DNA of 64,000 bases from Clostridia bacterium. Lineage in GTDB: Bacteria > Bacillota > Clostridia > Lachnospirales > Lachnospiraceae. This document shows positions 1-7,742 of the stretch, piece by piece (positions within the stretch are counted from its first letter, which is position 1; every line of letters begins with the position of its first letter). A program made the position numbers and the translations under genes. The stretch lies in assembly GCA_003249225.1 (NCBI GenBank), contig QKJQ01000023.1, positions 70,373 to 134,372 of the forward strand, read 5' to 3'. Under the pieces are notes generated by a model that did no database searches, had not been told where the DNA came from, and worked only from the letters and a program-made list of their open reading frames with translations.

Positions 1-272
1 AGTCTGTGCGAGAGATATTGGCCCGCATTGACCTGACCCAGTCACCGCCTCCCTTTGTGCCTCTATGTTCAAAGAACCTTCAGACTTCTTCCAGTCAGGA
101 ATATTGTCTCCTGATATCAAGTTATCAGCGGCAGGATCTTCAGGATATTCTTGCTGAGATGACGGCTGCCAGAAAAGATTTTTTATGGATCATCCCCTAT
201 TCAAAATATGCCCCTCTTGAGGAAATTCATGGTCTGGAAGACTTTATTATTCCCTGGAATGTTAGTGTATGA
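1..272 (+). CDS. 3' end of an uncharacterised protein gene (5' end lies outside the window)
   Basis: The frame is open from the window edge to TGA at 270-272. I recognise no motif in the peptide (...IIPWNVSV). The only context is its position directly upstream of a DUF4129-like membrane protein. Confidence 0.35.
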   Translation, partial: SVREILARIDLTQSPPPFVPLCSKNLQTSSSQEYCLLISSYQRQDLQDILAEMTAARKDFLWIIPYSKYAPLEEIHGLEDFIIPWNVSV

Positions 273-389
273 TCATGGCTGTTCAGGATCATAGCCGTTC
301 GTCCTACCAGCAGTTCAGGATCATAGCCGTTCGTCCAACCAGCAGTTAAGGGTCATAGCTGTTCATCATACCAGCAGTTCAGGATCAAG
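271..389. repeat. 32-bp tandem repeat, about 3.7 copies (caggatcatagccgttcgtcctaccagcagtt)
   Basis: Full units lie at 284-315, 316-347 and 348-379 (the third is diverged). There is a partial unit at 380-389 and a leading partial at 271-283. The array starts on the stop codon of the upstream ORF. The 32-bp unit is not a multiple of 3. Confidence 0.9.
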
Positions 390-469
390 TTGGAATTGCG
401 TTTACTTGATTCTCGATGAAAAATTATAGAAAACAATGTTACGTTATTTGATACGGAATGGAGATTAAT

Positions 470-1774
470 ATGAATTTGACACGATATTCCTTCATTATTG
501 AAATCAGCAAGCGGATCCTGCAGTTCATAGCAGCCGCTTTTATTATGATTCCCATAATTTATTATTTTACAAAGGACCTCTCTCTGATACGTTATACATA
601 TTTTCTCTTCCCAGTACCCTGCGTTCTTTTTCTTATTAATCGGTATTGTAAAAAGCTTTACCTTTATCTGCCTCTTCTTTTGTGCCTTTTTACGGCAGTG
701 CTTCTTCCGGTTCTCCATAAACCGGTTATTATGCCAATCACGTTTTCCGTATTTCTGCTCGTTAGCGCTATCTTGAATTTTGCAAATAGTCTGCATGCTT
801 TTGAGGAATTGAAAAGAAATATTTCTCCAGTTTCTCTTCTTTTTCCGCTGCTGTCATTGTTTTTTATATACAGTCAGTCCATGACCATATTGTTGCATTC
901 CATGTTTATTCTGTTTTTTCTTGCTCTTATACTTTATCTGATCAATCATTATATTATTCATCTGACACAGTATTTCAAAAATAACAGTGATGTATCCGGT
1001 ATTCCGTACAATCAGATTAAATCCTCAAACCACCTTTTGATTGGTGTTTTTATGGTCCTATGTATCCTTATTATGATTCTTTTTATCTTTGTGCCCTTAA
1101 AATCGATTCTCACAGCGGCAGGCAGCCTTTTGCTGCTGGCTCTGCGTGCCTTCTTTGGCCTCTTCTCCCACGAACCAGTAGCAGAACCAGAGATGACAAC
1201 GACGGAAGATAACTCCGGGTCAGGGTATGCAGACTTTTTTGCTGCACAGGATCCTGAAACCTCACTCCTCATGCAGGTGCTTGAAAAAATATTTATGGCA
1301 GTTGGTGTTGTATGTATAATAGCAGCCGCTGTTGCTTTGATCATTTATCTTTTACTGCTCTTTTACCGCTACTTTTATGGAAGAAATCAGGATACCCGCG
1401 ACACTGCTGCTTTCCTTTCTCCTTTTGACAAACGTGAGACGGTTACTGGGAGAATGCAGGATAGCACTTCCTTTCGGCATAAACGCTTTCCTATCTTCAA
1501 GTCAAAGTCTGAAAAGATACGATATCTGTTCTATCAGGCAATACTATCGAAACATAAAGAATTTGTTCCACAAACCATGACAGCATATGAACTTTTATAC
1601 TATAAGGAAGAATCGCATTCGATCCTAAAGACCGAACTTGAAAAGTTGCCGGAAGAAAAAGCCGAAGCTCTGACCCGTCTCTATAATAAAGCAAGATACG
1701 GAAATGAGTCCTGTACCGCGGCTGATGTAAACAATGCCCGTACTCTGATTCGTGAGTTTGTAAATATGCAATAG
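470..1774 (+). CDS. Multi-pass membrane protein with a DUF4129-like C-terminal tail
   Basis: The first ~300 aa contain many hydrophobic segments. The soluble C-terminus (...AYELLYYKEE...LTRLYNKARYGNES...) resembles the DUF4129 tail of transglutaminase-like membrane proteins. GGAG lies 6 nt before the ATG at 470. The ORF-track start at 458 is also possible. Confidence 0.55.
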   Translation: MNLTRYSFIIEISKRILQFIAAAFIMIPIIYYFTKDLSLIRYTYFLFPVPCVLFLINRYCKKLYLYLPLLLCLFTAVLLPVLHKPVIMPITFSVFLLVSAILNFANSLHAFEELKRNISPVSLLFPLLSLFFIYSQSMTILLHSMFILFFLALILYLINHYIIHLTQYFKNNSDVSGIPYNQIKSSNHLLIGVFMVLCILIMILFIFVPLKSILTAAGSLLLLALRAFFGLFSHEPVAEPEMTTTEDNSGSGYADFFAAQDPETSLLMQVLEKIFMAVGVVCIIAAAVALIIYLLLLFYRYFYGRNQDTRDTAAFLSPFDKRETVTGRMQDSTSFRHKRFPIFKSKSEKIRYLFYQAILSKHKEFVPQTMTAYELLYYKEESHSILKTELEKLPEEKAEALTRLYNKARYGNESCTAADVNNARTLIREFVNMQ

Positions 1775-1800
1775 TATTGTATGAATTTTGCAAAAAATCA

Positions 1801-1832
1801 TTGACAATTCAAACGCTCTATTGTAATATAAT
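1801..1832 (+). promoter_or_regulatory. Sigma-A type promoter for tRNA-Trp
   Basis: TTGACA at 1801-1806, a 17-nt spacer, then TAATAT at 1824-1829 (TATAAT also at 1827-1832). It lies about 25 nt upstream of the tRNA 5' end. Confidence 0.6.
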
Positions 1833-1852
1833 TAAGCGAAGTTTCCATCCAA

Positions 1853-1923
1853 AGGGGATTGGTCAAATGGCATGACAGAAGTCTCCAAAACTTTTAGCGG
1901 GAGTTCGATTCTCTCATCCCCTG
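1853..1923 (+). tRNA. tRNA-Trp: tRNA-Trp (anticodon CCA)
   Basis: Hand-folded cloverleaf. Acceptor AGGGGAT/ATCCCCT, D stem GTCA/TGAC, anticodon stem GAAGT/ACTTT with loop CTCCAAA, T arm GGGAG-TTCGATT-CTCTC. No 3' CCA is encoded. Confidence 0.85.
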
Positions 1924-1924
1924 T

Positions 1925-1955
1925 AAACTCCAAAGCATCTGCTTTGGAGTTTTTT
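1925..1955 (+). terminator. Rho-independent terminator after tRNA-Trp
   Basis: Stem actccaaagc / gctttggagt with loop atct, followed by TTTTT. Confidence 0.85.
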
Positions 1956-2069
1956 GCTTTTATTGACTAACTTTTATCTTATATGTTATAATAATCTTAA
2001 TCACATGCATCACAAATCATGCCAAATGCATGATAAAAATTTTCTAAAGCTAATAGAAAGGTGGGCATT

Positions 2070-2645
2070 ATGGAACAGAATAAAGTCTTATTATCCCAGA
2101 ACGAAATTGATACACTTCTTGCCTTTTTACTTGATAAAAAAGACAGTGTAAGCGCAGATGTTCTTGATCAGGAAAATATTGATAAATTGATTTTTTTATT
2201 ACAATCAAACGAAAAGCAAAAGGTTCGCTTTGATTCCAATGTACCAGTCTTACAACCCCCGGGTTCCTATCCTTATATTATCCTTGATGGTAATGAAAAT
2301 ATTAATGGACAGGAAAAATCTTGTGTACTCACCTGCGAAGAAGATGCAAATCATTTTATTGACATAAAGTGCATAAATCAGATTACCGGAAATACTTTTG
2401 TTATTTCTCCGGCGTGTATAGAAAAACGTACGTATGTCAGTGATTCGATGAGCAAGTGGGGAACTGCAATTCCTCCCATCGTTTTTGATCAGATTTCTTC
2501 TATGCTTCAGGTCAAATACTCAAAAGAAACGTATCAGTTCATCTGCAGACGATTTGCAAAAACGTTATATCTCGACGAATCTGCGGAGATACCTTCCTAC
2601 TATATGCCTTTGGAAGAATCCCTGCTTCATAACTTGAATGCCTAA
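2070..2645 (+). CDS. Hypothetical 191-aa protein with an N-terminal FliM/FliY-like LSQNEIDTLL motif
   Basis: SD AAAGGTGGG at 2057-2065 precedes the ATG at 2070 (ORF-track GTG at 2061 is less likely). The N-terminus is MEQNKVLLSQNEIDTLLAFLL, followed by a second degenerate copy LDQENIDKLIFLL. I recognise no family for the remaining ~140 aa. Confidence 0.6.
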   Translation: MEQNKVLLSQNEIDTLLAFLLDKKDSVSADVLDQENIDKLIFLLQSNEKQKVRFDSNVPVLQPPGSYPYIILDGNENINGQEKSCVLTCEEDANHFIDIKCINQITGNTFVISPACIEKRTYVSDSMSKWGTAIPPIVFDQISSMLQVKYSKETYQFICRRFAKTLYLDESAEIPSYYMPLEESLLHNLNA

Positions 2646-2799
2646 TTTGCCTTTTATCCATCTCACGGCAAAAATCAGAGAACTTCTATGACCATTAATT
2701 AGTTCATCATACTATAGTATGCGATGAGTCTGCAGCATGGGCTGTCACATAAAGGTACTTGATGAACGGCTGAATAAAAAAAGAGAGATACGAACTCGA

Positions 2800-2835
2800 A
2801 AGGGAGTGCCTCATACAAAGTATGAGCACTCCCTT
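2800..2835. terminator. Hairpin between convergent genes (candidate bidirectional terminator)
   Basis: aagggagtgcctcatac / gtatgagcactccctt, about 15 bp with one bulge. The U-tracts are weak on both strands. Confidence 0.45.
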
Positions 2836-2860
2836 ATACTATTTACATAATTCTATCCTT

Positions 2861-3382
2861 TTAAAATGAACCATAGCCATCAAAAGAATTCATTACATTG
2901 GAGAAGATGCTTCCACCAACTGCAACAGCAATTACGGCAATAATGATATACAAAACAATTACGATAAGAGAAATCAATAAGATTGCTCTTGCATAATTTC
3001 TCTTGTTAGGATTCTCAGTGGAACTAAAAGCCCATACGAAAAGCATAATAATGCCGACCAGTGGAATCAGCTGGAGAACCCACATAATAATATATTGACC
3101 AACAGAAAGTGGCGGCGGATTTCCTGCATTTGCAGTCTGATTATATCCACCTTGTGCATAAGGCGGCCTCTGCTGATACTGTGGTGCCTGCTGATACCCT
3201 TGCGGTGCACCATACTGCGGTTGAACCGGCGGCGGTACCTGCTGATATTGTGGTTGAATTGGCGGCGGAACTTGCTGATATTGTGGTTGTGGAGCCGGTG
3301 GCGGAGTATTCACTGACGAACCGCATACTTCGCAAAATTTGGAGTCATTTGGGATTTCGCTTTTACAGTTATTACAAATCAT
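2861..3382 (-). CDS. Zinc-ribbon membrane protein with a Pro/Gln-rich repeat linker
   Basis: N-terminal CNNC...CEVC zinc ribbon. Repeats PQYQQVPPP(I/V)Q follow. The C-terminus has two hydrophobic helices. Confidence 0.65.
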   Translation of the reverse strand: MICNNCKSEIPNDSKFCEVCGSSVNTPPPAPQPQYQQVPPPIQPQYQQVPPPVQPQYGAPQGYQQAPQYQQRPPYAQGGYNQTANAGNPPPLSVGQYIIMWVLQLIPLVGIIMLFVWAFSSTENPNKRNYARAILLISLIVIVLYIIIAVIAVAVGGSIFSNVMNSFDGYGSF

Positions 3383-3449
3383 AAATTGTACCCTCCCTTA
3401 ATATTATACATAAAGACATCGCATGCCTTTCGATTCCAGTATAACAATT

Positions 3450-4211
3450 CTATTTATCCATTGCAATCAATAACTTCATGGCTTCAATTGCAACACGGAT
3501 CGCCTGTTCCGTATCATGGTTCTCTTCGTCTATCATGTTCAGATTATGCCGCTCCTGGTTCCATACAACATGAAATACCGAGCCACAGCGAACTCTTCTC
3601 GCCGCAGCGACTGTAAACAAAGCTGCAGACTCCATTTCGCTGGCAAGTACCCCAAGACGCTTCCAGGCTTCCCATTTATTCAGAAGCTCATAAGAGACTG
3701 GCATACGAGTCGGATCATGCTGTCCGTAAAAAGAGTCTTTGCACTGAACAACCCCGGCATGCCAGTTCGACTTTAAATTTTTCGCTCCTTCGACCAAAGC
3801 TGACAGTACATCAAAGGAAGGCACCGCCGGAAATTCAATCGGTGCATATTCAAGACTTGTCCCTTCATTGCGAATAGCTCCCGTCGCAATGACACAGTCT
3901 CCGCTCTTTACTGAGAGATCTATACCACCACAGGTTCCGACCCGGATAAAAGTGTCCGCTCCCAGATTGCTTAATTCCTCCATGGCGATTGATGCAGAGG
4001 GACCGCCGATTCCAGTCGATGTAACGGTGATTCGTTCTCCAAGAAGTGTGCCCGTATATGTGGTATATTCCCGGTTGCTCATTACAAATTCAGCATTGTC
4101 AAAGTATTTTGCTATCTTCTCACATCTTCCAGGGTCTCCCGGAAGGATACAGTACCTTCCAATGTCACCATTCTTACAATTAATATGATATTGCAGTTTC
4201 TTATTCTCCAT
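3450..4211 (-). CDS. udp: Uridine phosphorylase (PNP/UDP family)
   Basis: 253 aa, collinear by eye with E. coli Udp. Shared motifs: [35 protein letters not shown]. Confidence 0.85.
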   Translation of the reverse strand: MENKKLQYHINCKNGDIGRYCILPGDPGRCEKIAKYFDNAEFVMSNREYTTYTGTLLGERITVTSTGIGGPSASIAMEELSNLGADTFIRVGTCGGIDLSVKSGDCVIATGAIRNEGTSLEYAPIEFPAVPSFDVLSALVEGAKNLKSNWHAGVVQCKDSFYGQHDPTRMPVSYELLNKWEAWKRLGVLASEMESAALFTVAAARRVRCGSVFHVVWNQERHNLNMIDEENHDTEQAIRVAIEAMKLLIAMDK

Positions 4212-4237
4212 ACCTACCTCTTTCTACGCAGATAAAA

Positions 4238-4927
4238 TTACATGATATCCACATCATTTTCAAGTTTGCTCTTCTTACTTTTCTTTGTTAAATAACCATA
4301 CAGAGCTTCAATTAGTATAACCAGTAAAATGTGAAACAGGATGCAAACCGATATTGCAAAAAACGGATACATGGTTCTCTGTCCAATCTGCAGCATTACT
4401 TCTGTTAAATCATTTACAGATATGTAACCAACCACTGTTGTCCATTGCAATAACAAGATAATTAGTCTTTTTACAGAAAACATTGACTCTTCCATCGCTT
4501 GTGGCAAGGCAACTGTGAAATACACACTTTTCAGCCTTTGCTCTAACTCATTATCCTTCCGCGTTACCACATCTTTTATAGATTTTGTAAGTATCTCAGC
4601 CAGATGACCGGCGCCATAGAATCCAATAGCAATACCCGCAATGATCATCGTATTCATATGACTCGATCCTAAAAATACATAATAAAACAAAAGAATCAAT
4701 AACAGTGCCGGTGTACTCCGGAACAAGAAACACAGCATTTCGGCAAGTAATGATACCGCCCGCTTTCTGTAACACATATAATAACTGCATACCGCACCAA
4801 ATACGGCTGCAACGATCCAGGCTGTCACGGTAATAATCAACGTGACGATTATAGCTTTTATGATCTGTGAGTATGCTCCCCCTGCAATGAGGTTCGCCTT
4901 GACCGCCTCAAATAAATTGCTTATCAT
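4238..4927 (-). CDS. Amino-acid-type ABC transporter permease (HisM/HisQ family)
   Basis: Five to six TM segments. The layout RSTPALLLILLFYY ... GHLAEI ... LPQAMEES is typical of polar amino-acid permeases. Confidence 0.7.
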   Translation of the reverse strand: MISNLFEAVKANLIAGGAYSQIIKAIIVTLIITVTAWIVAAVFGAVCSYYMCYRKRAVSLLAEMLCFLFRSTPALLLILLFYYVFLGSSHMNTMIIAGIAIGFYGAGHLAEILTKSIKDVVTRKDNELEQRLKSVYFTVALPQAMEESMFSVKRLIILLLQWTTVVGYISVNDLTEVMLQIGQRTMYPFFAISVCILFHILLVILIEALYGYLTKKSKKSKLENDVDIM

Positions 4928-4939
4928 TACAATCTCCCC

Positions 4940-5809
4940 CTATTCTTCACTAACGACCATAACATATTCTGTCATGGGAAAATATCCGGATGACATCAGG
5001 TAAGCAGGTTCTGTTGTTGAATGATTTTTGCTTGTACCATAGCAAAATACCATATCGATCCTGTCAGACATCAGTTCTGTAAATACCGTTTCATTATCCA
5101 GTACAATGAACTCAACCTTTCGTCCCAGCATAATACCCATTTCATCCATCAGAGCAACACTGAAGCCATAAGGATCGCCGTCTTCATTGATAAGATCGAT
5201 GGGAGGAACAGAACCGGTAACCCCAACATAGATGGTCCCTCCCGCTGTTTTTCGAAATTCTTTCGTACGTGTCTGCATCTCATCCAGAGTGATCAGATTC
5301 GAAAAATCATCGGTATTGATATTCTGTGCGATCAGAGCATCCAGTGTCCCATCCTGCTGCAGAACTGCCAGTGCTGCATTAAGCTTGTCACACAGAGAAC
5401 TCTCATTTTCCCGCAAAGCAAACCCAAAGGATAACCGCTCCTCATCCGTATCCTGAAACTCCATGAGCCTCAGATTCTCATTCGTCTTTACAAGATATTC
5501 CCCCGTAACATCGGACGCCCAGATTGCCTGTACCTGATGATTCGTAAGTGCGTTCAAAGCTTCCTCCGGTGTTTTAAAGGATTTATACTGTTTTAGTTTT
5601 ACTCCCATGAGACTTTCGAAAAATATTTTTGCACTGGCATCCGGCATCTTTGCCACAACACCACCGAGAGTTTTTCCTTCCATCTCCTGAACGGATGTAA
5701 CATCTTCATAGTTCAGCCCGCCCTCATAAAAGAAATGAAACCCTGAGAACAGTAATAAAACAACTGCGCATATTCCCACTGCTGCCAGCTTCTTTTTCCA
5801 TGTTATCAT
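4940..5809 (-). CDS. Membrane-anchored family-3 solute-binding protein, circularly permuted
   Basis: N-terminal TM anchor. SBP_bac_3 motifs are present, but the lobe-II half comes first (aa ~40-170) and the lobe-I half comes last (aa ~195-289). See the finding. Confidence 0.65.
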   Translation of the reverse strand: MITWKKKLAAVGICAVVLLLFSGFHFFYEGGLNYEDVTSVQEMEGKTLGGVVAKMPDASAKIFFESLMGVKLKQYKSFKTPEEALNALTNHQVQAIWASDVTGEYLVKTNENLRLMEFQDTDEERLSFGFALRENESSLCDKLNAALAVLQQDGTLDALIAQNINTDDFSNLITLDEMQTRTKEFRKTAGGTIYVGVTGSVPPIDLINEDGDPYGFSVALMDEMGIMLGRKVEFIVLDNETVFTELMSDRIDMVFCYGTSKNHSTTEPAYLMSSGYFPMTEYVMVVSEE

Positions 5810-5848
5810 ATCGTACTCCTCTTTCCCTTCCTGTACGATGTCAAAGCA

Positions 5849-7621
5849 TCATTCAAATTCTACTCCGATTATTTTTTCACTTCGCAACCCTACGACCAGT
5901 CGGTTCCCAAATACTGCCGGTGTAGCTTCTATGACCGTTCCGAAATTCATTTTGTCAAGTATGGTTCCCGTTAAAGCATTCATAAGAAGAATATTCCCAT
6001 TGTTACAGCATTGAATCAGGTACACCGTCCCGTCCTCATCATAGACCGGAACCGCCGAGCTCCAGACATCGCAGTCAAGTTCAACTCTCCAGGCTTCTTC
6101 TCCGCTGTATTTGTTAAGCGCAACGATGTATGCTGTATCGACCGATGGAACTTTGGATACCGAATAAATAATATAATCACTGATTGCTCCTTCGCCAAGA
6201 CAGCCGGTCGCAAGAATTCCGCCTGCCAGACCAAGAACTGTATGGACTTCATAGGGCTTTTTCCATATGATTTCGCCCGTCATGGCATTCAGCTTATAGA
6301 TGCATGCTTCTCCAAGATGATGTTCATCTGTGTGATATTTTAATGTTGTAGCAACATAGACAAATTTATTGCCATCCTCATCTTCTTCAAAGATCGGGCT
6401 TGAGTTAACATCCTCCAGTACATCCTGAACCCACACAATCTGCATCGTGTTCAGATCCAGACAGGAAAACATACCGCCATTGTCTCCAAAGAATAAATAG
6501 TTCCCCCACACATCTGCACTGGATTCGCTGCCGTATCCGCCTTCCCCTTCGTACACCCTGTCAAGTGCCGTCTTTGGGTAATATGTAAATTCAACCAGTT
6601 CTCCTGGATTGACAGAAAGATCTCCAGTGGAAGCGTTGTATTTTGTATTCAGTTTCAAGGTATAAAGCACACCATTCTCTCCGGGATAAATCAGCGTATC
6701 CGTATCCGTACTGATAATTGCAGAGCTGTCATAAGCATGCCAGATACGTGGTGCAAAGTCATCGTTGGCGCCAAGTTCATATAGTTTGCTTCCATCAATC
6801 AAACTGTAGATAAAAACGCGTGCACTAACCTGCTCACCATACATACCGGGCTGAGAATCACCCGAACCACAGATCAGCATCGGTATTCCCGATGGATAAA
6901 GGGAAGCCGTTCCCTTAAATGTCATACCCACAATAATGGGATCTCTGGTCGGTTCACCGGTCTCTAAATCCAGAAAATGAATCTGTCCATCCATTCCCGG
7001 ATAAATCACTTCTGTCAAACCTTCTTTTTCTTTCGCAGAATCATAAAGATTCATGTGCTGTTTGGTCTCATCATCCCATTGCACGATCAACGGCTGTCCT
7101 GTCCATCCATTTCCTGACCAGTAATTTACACCGTCGCTTTTCAATGCTTTTCCGGTCGTCACTGTCCAGTAATCATTCGAAAAAAGAGCATTGTTCAAAT
7201 GCACGGATCCATAGGATTTCATATTCCTTGCATAATTCCCGCGAAATGTAATTATTCCTTTTAATGAAGTAAAATTTTCAAGCCAGTCTGATAAAAAATT
7301 GATTGGATCCGGACGGGTGTATGAATCAACTTCCTGCCCATTTACCATAAGTGCTGTATCCAGCAGATAATTAGCAGGATCTGTCACATCGGTAGCATAT
7401 GCTTTTGTTCCATCTGCACCGGTCTTTGCATCTTCGTTATATTCTACCGGCAGACTGCCCTGTGTTTTAACAACAAAATTATAAAGATAACTGATATTCC
7501 CTTTTACTTTGACCAACAAGGCGAACCCTGTTCCCAAAAATAATAAAAGCAGTATTGCAGTTATCGCTATTCCAATCTTTACTTTTCTTTTATGTAGTAT
7601 TCCCTGTAGCTGTAATCTCAT
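5849..7621 (-). CDS. Membrane-anchored PQQ-like / BamB-like beta-propeller repeat protein
   Basis: N-terminal TM helix. Repeated segments of the type ...G.I.W...(A/V) (for example AMTGEIIWKK, YSGEEAWRVE, ALTGTILDKM) are typical of PQQ-like propeller blades. Confidence 0.5.
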   Translation of the reverse strand: MRLQLQGILHKRKVKIGIAITAILLLLFLGTGFALLVKVKGNISYLYNFVVKTQGSLPVEYNEDAKTGADGTKAYATDVTDPANYLLDTALMVNGQEVDSYTRPDPINFLSDWLENFTSLKGIITFRGNYARNMKSYGSVHLNNALFSNDYWTVTTGKALKSDGVNYWSGNGWTGQPLIVQWDDETKQHMNLYDSAKEKEGLTEVIYPGMDGQIHFLDLETGEPTRDPIIVGMTFKGTASLYPSGIPMLICGSGDSQPGMYGEQVSARVFIYSLIDGSKLYELGANDDFAPRIWHAYDSSAIISTDTDTLIYPGENGVLYTLKLNTKYNASTGDLSVNPGELVEFTYYPKTALDRVYEGEGGYGSESSADVWGNYLFFGDNGGMFSCLDLNTMQIVWVQDVLEDVNSSPIFEEDEDGNKFVYVATTLKYHTDEHHLGEACIYKLNAMTGEIIWKKPYEVHTVLGLAGGILATGCLGEGAISDYIIYSVSKVPSVDTAYIVALNKYSGEEAWRVELDCDVWSSAVPVYDEDGTVYLIQCCNNGNILLMNALTGTILDKMNFGTVIEATPAVFGNRLVVGLRSEKIIGVEFE

Positions 7622-7742
7622 ATAGTACCTCTTTGTACAAACGTAAACAGCATTCCTTACCAGAAATCGAACTGGTTCATGAAGAATTGTACCGTCGATT
7701 TTTTGTGAAATAAAGAACGCTTTCTGTAGTCTCTCCCCGTAT

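Noticed and set aside
271-389. Possible CRISPR array, also considered for 47602-47763 and 56911-57080
   Set aside because: The repeats are directly head-to-tail with no unique spacers. The units diverge like minisatellites. No cas genes or leader are present in the window.
1775-2860. Genomic islet integrated at tRNA-Trp
   Set aside because: There is no integrase, no direct repeat of the tRNA 3' end downstream, and no compositional shift that I can see. The single downstream gene is better treated as an orphan gene.
3095-3384. ORFs overlapping the Pro/Gln-rich repeat of the zinc-ribbon gene (3095-3316, 3109-3384, 3141-3335)
   Set aside because: They are alternative-frame or antisense readings of the low-complexity CCN/CAG repeat. 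The zinc-ribbon frame has the start, the SD and the TM domains.
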